In this document: one piece after another, positions 10,733 to 20,103 of the stretch
How positions within the stretch are numbered: the stretch's first letter is position 1
Layout of the letters: every line of letters begins with the position of its first letter
Assembly: GCA_013115125.1 (NCBI GenBank)
Contig: JABANN010000308.1
Span: 1-40,723, forward strand
Length of the DNA: 40,723 nucleotides
Direction of reading: 5' to 3'
Source: Perkinsus olseni
Lineage: Eukaryota
The notes under the pieces: generated by a model
The model's input: only the letters and a program-made list of their open reading frames with translations
Told to the model about the DNA's origin: nothing
Databases searched by the model: none
Position numbers and translations under genes: made by a program

Positions 10733-11887
10733 TCACGAGTCGCTATCATCATCATCTTGTGTATCCAACTTTAAGATGTTCGCCAAGCTGGCAGCGCTAT
10801 CAAACCCTCGGAAGAGCCAGATACGGATGACCTATACAGTGGAGACAATACTTCCCTAGTCTCTCTCGCAGGCATGCATGCTTAAGATGCTACGGTGCAA
10901 GTGGGGCTAATGCTCGGCTACTCCACCGTGGCCGACCAGTACTACCTGTGCAGCATATTTGGATACGTCATGAAAGAGAGCTTGTTCTCGTGCATTGAGC
11001 CTGCCCAATGCTAGGCTAGGTTTCACCCTCTCCAGGCCGCCACCTATCGCCCTCTTCCCCATACCTATTCTTAGACGGGCTACTTCCTCTGTACGCGTGA
11101 CCTTGATAATGAGCCAACGGTCTTTTACTGTAACTAGCTGTAACACATTACCTTCAGTATGCTCTCCAGACCATTCTGTCCGCCACTACTACCACCCGGT
11201 TTCATTCTGAGCTGCCCCAATGGTATCGTCAAGTCATCACAAACAACAAGGACCTACCTACGCAAGAAAAGGCATCAACCTGATGGTCATGGCCGTGTAA
11301 TGCCATCACCGAATTCCGATCGTTCGCTTGGAGCCTCAAGTCGGATAATGCCGGTCTCGCGGCTAACCCCGATCGATTCATGTAAGTACGGGGCTTGACC
11401 AGGTTGACACTTTCCAGCGAGGGACGCCAAACACCATTCTGACGAGGTTGAGCTGCGCACGTTTGGTTGGTCGGGCGGTTAGTACATCCTCAGTGGCCTG
11501 CTTTGATCTATCACTCCTCCTATCAATAAGATCATCTCCTCTCATGCTTGCTATATAATCAAAGGTTAATTCCTTTATTTCACATACATCACTTAGCCAT
11601 CTCTTACGACTAGGAAAGGACGTTTGTGGCGTGGTACTACTACCCAGTAAACTGGCAGTCCGATCACCAACCGCAAAGCCAGCATTATGCCGTGTACCCT
11701 CAAATTTAGGGCCATGGTTGCCGAGGAATAGTACCAATACTTTCGATGATGGTGATGATGCACCAGAATGGTCAGATTTCGACCGGCGTGTAGACGCCGC
11801 GATTGCCCTCCGTTGTACGTTGCACGATAGCTGCTGCTGCAACGGTTCCAAGCGCTGCACACGTAGACCAAAGGCGGTAGGCTTCAT
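10733..11887 (-). CDS. PTH1: Bacterial-type peptidyl-tRNA hydrolase (Pth1), probably mitochondrial, multi-exon
   Basis: [72 protein letters not shown]. Arg/Ser-rich leader from ATG 11887, preceded by a pyrimidine-rich TTTTACAG acceptor. Confidence 0.88.
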
Positions 11888-12099
11888 CTCGGCTGTAACC
11901 TTATTGTCTGTAAAATTGCAAACCAACAACGGAAGTTGTGGACTGAGATGAAATGACCGCCCAAGCCGCCGCAACTCCGAGAAGAATTGTTGGCGTTGAG
12001 GAATTTTTAAGAGTAATGAAGGACGCAAGATTCTGAGTAGAGGCCATTCCGCCCTGGGTTGAGCCGCGAGGCCTCTTCCAGTTCATCTGTATCATCAGG

Positions 12100-13670
12100 A
12101 TGTCATTCTCATGTTTCGGCACTGGTGCGACATCAGAGGATGGTACAACCCTGGGCTATAATAAAGCATCGTATCAACAGCAGCAGCAGCAGTCAGGAGG
12201 GCAACATCACGAATCACGAATGCCTCGGAATACTCGGAGATTATCAAAGCTAGAGCAACTAGCATCGGCAGAAGCATGTGTATTCGATGTATACTCGGAT
12301 ATATGCCTGAAACAATGTAAACTAGGGATTGGGGAGACACACTGGAGGAGGCTACTCAAAAAGGCCGGGGTTTTGGATGTAATAATAACAATTATAACGA
12401 CAACCACCTGAATCATGTACGCTGCCTGTTTCAGTTTGTAGGGTCCTCAGTAGCCGCCAATGTACATTATCGTTCGCTGCTTCCCGGTGGTATGAGAAGG
12501 CTCAGGCTAGAGGGATTCCAAAAAGCTATAGCAATGATTGCCAACTACTGCTATCCGATACAACAACACCCACAAGGAGGAGAACAGCACGGTGACAGCA
12601 ACAGCAGCAGTAGAACGTTAGTTGACACGTAGGGTGTGGATGATATCGATTCCCGCCGATCTCCCCAACCTAGATACATTCATTTCGTATGGAAACACTT
12701 ACGACCACAGGTAGGGACTTGGAAGATTGGTAGTGCAGAGACGATGCATCATCCATCTGTACCACCGAACTTTGATGAGTGTGACATTGCAGCAGATCTG
12801 ATCAAAGAGTGGCGTAATAACAATGTCCAGCCAATGCCGCGCACTATGCTATCAATCAGGTCATAATCGAGCTAGTACGACCTTCGTGACATCGGTCGAT
12901 GCGGTACCAGAGCGGGTCAGCAGAACGGCGCATGCTAGTAGAAGGCATTCAGCTGAGCAGCAGACTGAGGTGATTGCAGGGAAGGGAGAAGTCAATGGTC
13001 GGGAGCGGCAAAGGGCCGTCAACGAAGGCCCAGTTGTAGCAGCGTTTGATCATGATCCTCCTCCTGCTACTGGTGATGATGATACTGCTGCCCATGAGGC
13101 TCCCAGACGAGCGGTAACACCGATGAGATTTGGTGGCAAGGCTTTGTTGGCTGCTGCTAAGTGGCGGAAACGGAAGCATCAGAAAGAAGCTGCTCCAAAA
13201 GATGAAGCGAATGACGTGATCCAAACGGCAGGGTTGGTATCCACCATGAGTAAGGAGAAAGCACGAGAGTTCTATTTATGGTTGAAGGAAGTGTATGAGT
13301 AAGACTAGATGCAGGGGTATTGATGTTATTATGCGATGTAGGTACACAGTAGCCTTCGAAGAATGGATAAAGGACCTTAGCCCTATTCATGATGCATACG
13401 AGTATTTAGACAAGGCCTGTGGTACACCTAGTGGCAGAGTAACGCTTAACAAGCTCCAAGCAGCAGCAAGAACTGCTAAGTTTACGGTCAGTACAGATGC
13501 CGTTAATGTAATACAACCACGATGAACTCGACAGGCAACTTGCCATTTCGTCCCAGATCCTATTCTACTTCCTGGACATACATGGAATTGGATACGTCAC
13601 TCGGCCGGCTTTCGAGCAGTGGCGTGCTGTACGACAGAACACTATTGATTCTTACATGGCCTTGTCCTAG
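12100..13670 (+). CDS. Hypothetical protein with a p25-alpha-like N-terminal region and a degenerate EF-hand-like C-terminus, multi-exon
   Basis: Spliced WRRLLKKAGVLDFVGSSVAANVHYRSLLPGGMRRLRLEGFQKAIAMIA; later AYEYLDKACGTPSGRVTLNKL and LFLDIHGIGYVTRPAFEQW; TAG at 13668-13670. Confidence 0.6.
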
Positions 13671-13886
13671 TTCATGATACTGTTACCAATGTATAACCAT
13701 TACTACCAATGTTTGGGTTCAGTCATGAAGTCCTTTGGTCGTTCCATAATACAAAGGAAGTCACCAAAGCTGCCCGAATGACCACTGTCGACCCCCTTGC
13801 CTATAGAGTACTGCAGCATCAACACATGCACATGCGATAAGAAACAATGGTTATTGTCGTTTTACGTTCCAGTTAGCGCTGTTACT

Positions 13887-14519
13887 CTACATATCCATAT
13901 CGGCTTTGTTGTTGTTGGCAGCAGGAAGATCATCGGTAGACTCGATCACAGGGACCTGGTCCTCCTCAAGCTTGGCGTCACGGATAGCTTCCTTCTTCTC
14001 CTTACGAATAGCCTGATACATACGTGATATTCAAACGACATGATTAAAAATGGCTGCCACGATTCCAAACTAAAATCCCGTTCAAAGGTTTTCTCTTCTT
14101 CCATTATATCCAAGGATCTCGGATACATGATTCAGATGAGAGCCCAGCGCTCACCATGTAGTGATAGACGATGGTATTGTGAGACACTCGAAGGACCATG
14201 AACGGATGATGATCCTCTCGAGTACCGGATCCCCGAGGATAGCGTTATATCCTCGATATCCTACGGTGTACAGGACTGTACACGGTCTCGGGATGAAGGT
14301 GGTGAACCATTCCTTCAGTTTCGTATATAATCTCCAGGGGAGAAAGATGGCAGAGTTCCGCAAGATGTATTCAAAGACGTCTCGGGGTATCGAAAGTATA
14401 GCCCACAATCTACCCATCACCATTACTCGTGATCCGCTCTTCTTCCATTCCCTGCTCTTACGAAGCTTCTTGACCTTCTCGTAGGATGTCTGTCGAGTTG
14501 CCTTGGCAGATCGACCCAT
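13887..14519 (-). CDS. About 72-aa small basic protein; probable host gene for intronic ncRNAs
   Basis: Exon 14519-14427 (MGRSAKATRQTSYEKVKKLRKSREWKKSGSR) joins in phase 0 across a 414-nt GT-AG intron to exon 14012-13887 (AIRKEKKEAIRDAKLEEDQ...ADMDM*). The donor choice is uncertain. Confidence 0.55.
14154..14424 (-). ncRNA. Candidate intronic structured RNA (H/ACA-like closing stem plus ACA)
   Basis: UGGUGAUGGG (14422-14413) pairs with UCUAUCACUA (14168-14159), and AUUGUGGG with CUCACAAU; both contain G-U pairs. Internal hairpins UGAAGG/CCUUCA, GUGUACAG/CUGUACAC and CGAGGAUA/UAUCCUCG. ACA at 14159-14157. Confidence 0.5.
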
Positions 14520-14551
14520 AGAGTACTGCTGTAACAGGAACAACTTATGAG

Positions 14552-14802
14552 AGCAACTTCTTATGAATGCATGGCCTGTGTAAGACTCTGCTTCGGACAA
14601 AGGCGTATAGATCAACTGTATAGCATATACCTCATGAAATCCGAGCGGACGGCTAATGGAAGGCACTTCACGCCGTGAAGTTTCCTCAAACAGTTTGAAC
14701 TTGATGTATTCTGTACCGTATATTAGATGAAATCTACGGCAATGCCGTGACGGCACAGGACATTTGAGTCTTGGAATAGCAAGCCGCACTATAAGATGAT
14801 GC
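14552..14802 (-). ncRNA. Candidate structured RNA in a 5'-UTR intron
   Basis: Long interrupted closing stem (UCUUAU/AUAAGA, GUGC/GCAU, GGCUUG/CAGGCC, AAGACUC/GAGUCUU) encloses hairpins CUGUGCCGU/ACGGUACAG, ACUUCAC/GUGAAGU and UCGGAU/GUCCGA. It lies in a putative intron 14856-14529 (GTAAGT...TTACAG). Confidence 0.5.
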
Positions 14803-15238
14803 CAGCAGCAAGACGTCCGATAGTAGTCAGAATGTCTCCAGTCGATACTAACTTACTACTACAGAACTGTGCGCTATCAGGTCTGTCCCCCTTGCCCTCG
14901 TGACGCGAAGGATGTCACCTTTTCGGCCCACCACCCTCGTAGTCAATCGACGGCCAGAGTGGTTCTCCCTCTTCTCCAGGATCCTCTCCTCACTCTTTAA
15001 CAGTCCGTTATACACGTGGCCTCTCTGCGTTATCTCTATACTTAGTAACCACGAGCGGGCGGGCGGGGATGGTGGCTTTCTCGCCCGCCTTCGTCTTACT
15101 CGTGCGTGTGTATGGAAGTAGAGGGCTGCTGTGATGAAAACTGGCTCTGGTTGATCAATCGTTCCTTGGAACAGCGCCGAATCAATTGATCGATAATGGT
15201 GTGGTCAGTAGTTGTTGTGGTTGAAGGCCGTGCTCATT

Positions 15239-18200
15239 ATGGGTGGCAAAAAAGGAGGGTCCAAGGCAGGTGGCAGTAAACAACATGGCAAGGCTGGGAG
15301 TATGGACGATGCAGACGATCCAACATCCTCACAATACAAAGTGAATGCTTGTATTGTTTTGGCGGAGAACTTTGATGAAGGATGCCAAACTGAGACCATG
15401 TTCGGTGAAGGAACGGCAGCAGCAGGCCAGTCAGACAGGATAACGGGTAGTGCTCTGGGGCTGCGGGGGCTGCTTCATCTATATACGACATTTATCGGTA
15501 CACCAAAGCCTTGTTCAGGCCTCCTACCCTTGCCTGGTGGCACAACTCTACTTCAACGCACTGTTGACTTGGCACTAGACACCCTTCATATGAGAAGTGT
15601 TTATGTTCTATGCCGTCAATGCAATACATCAACAGTAGAAGGAGCCCTTGCACGCAGCAAGAGGATGACTGTCACTGGAGTGCCGGACACATGTAGTCCT
15701 TGCTGGGAATAGTGTGGGGGGGGGGGGTATGGCTTACTGCACAGGCACTTCGGTTTGTGAAGTACTCCGAGCATTCGGTTCCGGAGTAACACAGTGTCCT
15801 CTGGCCCAACAGGACTTCCTTCTCCTGAGAGGCGACTCCCTAGCACAGCCCAGTATTGTTAAGGTAGGAGGGGTAGGGAACATGCACGGTGATCCGTATG
15901 TTGATGCTGTCAGCCTATTTATGATAGTGTACTGGAATACCATACATCCAGGCGGAAGGCGGCCAAGTCGGAGTATCTCATGACCAGAATCTTTGTACTA
16001 GTGGCGCGCAGTGGTGAGGATGTGGATTGTGCAAGTCATCTCAGGTATCGGCATCGGTTGATTCAACCTCGTGTGATGATGTCCTTACCAACATTGTAGT
16101 GGGTACTGGTGGTACTGGAGAGGCTAAGGGCCAGCTTAGTGATAACCTGAAGCAGCAGGGTATCACCATCGGAGAGTTGCTTCATTGGTCTGGTACTGAG
16201 TCATCGTCATCAACGGTCGGGTTATCCGAGCCCCTCCTCCATTGGGGATTCGGGGCAACCTCGAAGTTCAATGAGATACATTATCGGACAGGGGTAGTCG
16301 TGACAGCAGCAGCAGCTATCCGATAAGTGCAAGGACCCGTGCTTAGGTGTTGGGTGATGGTGCTCTAGGGGATGTATTCTCCCCAGATGTATTCCGCCTG
16401 CTAGAAGAGGAGGCTGACTACAAGTAATACCTATAGTGCTTTTAGAACGGCGGTCCTATCTGCCAACCCAGGTCCCTCCGTGATGACTTGGTCAAGTTTA
16501 CCATTGGTGCCAAGTTTGATGACGGTGTATGCCCCTTCGGTATTGGTGCCTGCGTCGTGCCGCCACTCCCTCATCAACTTGTCCGTGTCACCAGCCCTCG
16601 TACGATCTTCTCACCCTTCAACCATCATCATCGTTACCCGTACTGCTTCGTGTAGGTACATATTACGAGGGTGCAGTAACAATGATGTTGGACAAATCAC
16701 CGAGGGATTTCTTGACTCCCTGGCCCAGCCATAACGTAGAATCTAGACATCTCTATGCCAGCAAGGATTGTCGATGGAGTACGGATGGTAACGATGATGA
16801 CCTTACAAAGGTAGTACTAGTGAATGGGATGACGACGACGAGAGGGATATGCCTATGGATGACTATTGGCTGCTCACACAGGTTCATGGAGAGGTAGCTT
16901 ATATTGATACAAAGGCTAGTGTGCATCCCTCGGCCGAGCTTTCCCGGTGCTACATCGCCCCCGGAGGTACTAGGGCACGAGTGGGGTGGTGGCTATCCGA
17001 TGTCCCTGTTGTAGCTACTATTGGAGCAGGAGTGGAGATAGATAGTAGCATCATAGGCCCTGGTGCCGTAGTCAAAGAGGGGGCTAAACTCAACAGGTGA
17101 TGCATCATCGGCATCGACTATCATCCCACAGATACTCTTCAGATGTATCCTCCACGCCGATACCACAGTGTCACCATCCGCAACAGTTGAGGGCGTAGTA
17201 GTGCCCCCACACGGATCCGTCACCTCCTCGACCGTCGCTCGTCCAGTGGAGGGGGTCGCCATTGGGGCACCATTGCCAGACACAGCCCAGGCACTTGCCA
17301 AGCTCGATGTAGTGTGGGGTGATGGTGTATGGTACCGAGACTTTGGCAGTATCTCCACGGCAGGCCGCCAGAGCATCAACGGTCGAGTCTAGTGGCACTG
17401 ATGAGGTCGCTGATAACGAAGAGGAAGGTGAGGATGATGATGGTATCACTGGGTCACTTAGCGGAGATGAGGCATTCAAGCAGGGGTTCAGAACGGAGGT
17501 CATACCGATACTAATGATCGTGCTATAGCCCCGCAGTTGTACAATACTCTGTCATGCTCCAGGTATACTCATTCTTTAAGGAAGGGTGGGAAGAAAAGCA
17601 AGATGTTTCCCACGTGTGCCAACAGTTGAGAATATACCGGACAACAGAACAGGTAATGCTGATAACGCTGATCATTTTCATAGTAATGGATAAATCAAAA
17701 GACAGGAGCTCACAGGCCGGAGCGCTTCTAGGGAGGCCTCCTCGTTATCGTGTGGTCGAGCATTCACGCTGCCTCATCTAGTAGTAGCGTAGACATGGAG
17801 GCAATGTTACATGAAGGCCACCATCAGCGCCATCAGTTGCTGCTGCCTGTTCCCATTAGGCTCCCCTCCCAGAGCTATTAACAGCTACTGTATTGGCACT
17901 TGCAAGAGTGTGTTGTGAGGTATTGGTCAGTGATAGCAATGCTGGTAAACCAGAGCAGCCTCTGGTGTCTTCATTCTATGAATACTGGGATGATGCTCTG
18001 GAAGAGCTGTAAGGATCTGCCCACCGCCTCTCGTACCACAACATGCCTGCATCTACAGTTACTTGACAGATCAGGCGGGCTTACCATCGTGGTGGCTGGA
18101 CACCCTGGATGCTCTTTGTGAGTACTGTTCCCAACGTGGAGGAGACCTTCACAAGGAGTGCTGCCTCTTTATATGGGTAACATGAGATTCAGCATAAGGT

Positions 18201-18491
18201 TAGCATGGTATGGTACTGTATTTTAGGGTATGTACGCGAATGACTTCCTCTCCAGAGAAGACCTATTAGGATGGTGGAGTCGTGCCCCAGGTTAGTGTTG
18301 TGATGCTAATAATAGTAGTGTATAGTCTCCCCATTAACCCCACAGATGCATACCAGCAAATGCCTCTCATGGCACAGCTGGTAGGACAGATAGAGGAGGA
18401 GTCCGACGAGAGTGATGATGATGATGATGAGGAGGAGGAGGAGGAGGAGGAGAAGGAGGAGGAGGAGGAGAGTGATGATGATGAGGAGTAG
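15239..18491 (+). CDS. Translation initiation factor eIF2B epsilon subunit, multi-exon
   Basis: Nucleotidyltransferase-like N-terminus (ACIVLAENF...KPCSGLLPLPG); hexapeptide beta-helix (SVHPSAELSRCYIAPG, TIGAGVEIDSSIIGPGAVVKEGAKL); W2/HEAT domain (FRTEVYSFFKEGWEE...LYANDFLSREDLLGWW); acidic tail. Confidence 0.82.
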
Positions 18492-18576
18492 GATGGTCCA
18501 TCCCCTGACCTGCAGCCTAACAGTTTCACTGTGTTTCGTGATAGTGTCGTGTGGTCGGGTGTAAAAATCCTGCGCC

Positions 18577-18577
<1 letters not shown>

Positions 18578-18619
<42 letters not shown>
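18578..18619. repeat. (CTG)n microsatellite, about 14 units, intergenic/5' UTR
   Basis: Perfect CTG run between eIF2B epsilon and the first transporter gene. Confidence 0.95.
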
Positions 18620-18621
<2 letters not shown>

Positions 18622-18650
18622 AGTTTTTTAATCCCAACGTTAGAGTGAGC

Positions 18651-20103
18651 ATGGTACCTACTAGTCCCTCAATGAAGGCCTCCCCTTCGGCCGATTGTGT
18701 ACAAGGCTCGAAGAAGTCCAACTTTAAAGGGAATACTCGCGGCAAGACGACTACACTTGGAGCCATGGCCAATCTGGTTATGATATGTATTGGTGTTGGG
18801 ATACTTGGCCTACCTCTTGTTATGCAACAGGCTGGCTGGATCGGAGGTTATATCCTATTAGTAGTCGCTGGTGCATCATCCTTATGGATGGGAAAGCATC
18901 TTGCTGATGCATGCAGTACCTATTCATCATCAGATTCCTGTGGTAACCCTGTATTCCCTTCCTATCAGTCCCTGGGGTACATGACATACGGTTTTATCGG
19001 TAAAGCATCCGTTATTGTGACTATGGATATCTTCATGCTTGGCCTTTGTGTTATACTATTAGTATTATTCGCTGATAATACTCTAAGAATATGGCCAGTA
19101 TTGAATCGTAGCAGCTGGATCCTAATCTATTCTGGTATCATGATACCGCTAGTATGGATAAGGTCGATGAAGCTGATAGCATGGCTGTCGATAGGTGGTG
19201 TTGTATCGGTATTTGCGACTGTTGCTGTGGTACTCGTAGCGGGTTTTAGTAGGATGGCCAATCGAGGCTCGGATGATACTATAACACACTCGTTATTCAA
19301 CTACTCTGACTTGGGCGCTGCTTTTGGTACCCTCATGACATCGTTCGGTCTGACTGCTATGATACCTTCGGTAATGAACAATATGGAGAAGCCTGACAAA
19401 GTTGGCACTTCACTCTATGGTGCTTTCGCTATTATATTTTCAGTTTACATTTGCCTCACTGTAGCGGGCTACGGCGGGTTTGGTAATTCTATTGCTCAGT
19501 ATGGTGATATCGTCAGTGCTATATCTGGTACTACCACATCTACTCTCAATGATCAGGGTTATGCCATAATAATATGCATCCTTATACTCTGTGCCTCCCA
19601 TTTCCTGGCACTCTTCTGTCCAGTTGCCACTGACTGCGAGAAGCTTATTCCACCAAAGGCGCCCAAAATCACAGCTTATGTCGTCCGGACCGCACTAGTT
19701 GGGATATGTGCCTTCTTCGCTACTGTTGTACCAGGTGTAACCGATATGATATCCTTGCTTGGATCAGTGTGTGGTATGCCTAATGTAAGCTTTGGCCGTC
19801 ATTCTTGCTGCCAGTTCCTTCTGCTCGCCCTACTATGGACCTGCTGTCACTTCCCCATTCCTCAGGTAATGTTGCTGCCTTTATTGTTTTATTGGAAGGC
19901 CTGCCTCGTCGACGTCCATGGTATAAGAGGGATCTACAGAGGCCGCATCGTGAAGTTCATAGCAGAACTTCTCATCTGTGCACTATCGCTGTTCACCTTT
20001 GGCTATGGATTGTAAGTGCTCCACTCACCTCCTGCTGCTGCTGTTGCGGTACCTCCCTCATCACAGGTACGGTTCAATCCTGAACATAGCGAGTAGCAAG
20101 TGA
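18651..20103 (+). CDS. Amino-acid transporter (AAAP/Aa_trans family), copy 1
   Basis: GAMANLVMICIGVGILGLPLVMQQAGWIGG; SYQSLG..YG; MEKPDK; GYGGFG; multiple TM segments. Exons 18651-19784, 19866-20011 and 20067-20103. Confidence 0.93.

Noticed and set aside
12095-12340. Signal-peptide-like ORF as a plastid-targeting first exon of Pth1
   Set aside because: It is antisense to the first exon of the + strand gene, and I found no splice that joins it in frame to Pth1.
14290-14330. Hammerhead ribozyme (GAAAC/CUGAAGG on the minus strand)
   Set aside because: The core is not CUGANGA, and the order and three-stem junction do not fit.
14151-14789. 212-aa ORF read as a single protein
   Set aside because: Only the MGRSAK...WKK part looks protein-like. 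The flanks coincide with GT-AG-bounded structured segments, and a spliced model explains them better. Not fully excluded.
14770-15090. RNase MRP (GAAAA pentaloop, GCUUGCUAUUCC resembling CR-V)
   Set aside because: I could not build a convincing P4 or P1 helix, and the CR-V-like segment is already paired in another stem. Kept only as an alternative for cmsearch.
15125-15185. U14-like C/D snoRNA (GTGATGA...TTCCTTGGA) on the + strand
   Set aside because: No CTGA box D after the antisense-like segment and no U14 domain A; it lies in the divergent promoter region.
18266-18578. Poly-Leu and poly-Ser minus-strand ORFs
   Set aside because: They are antisense shadows of the GAG/GAT acidic tail of eIF2B epsilon.
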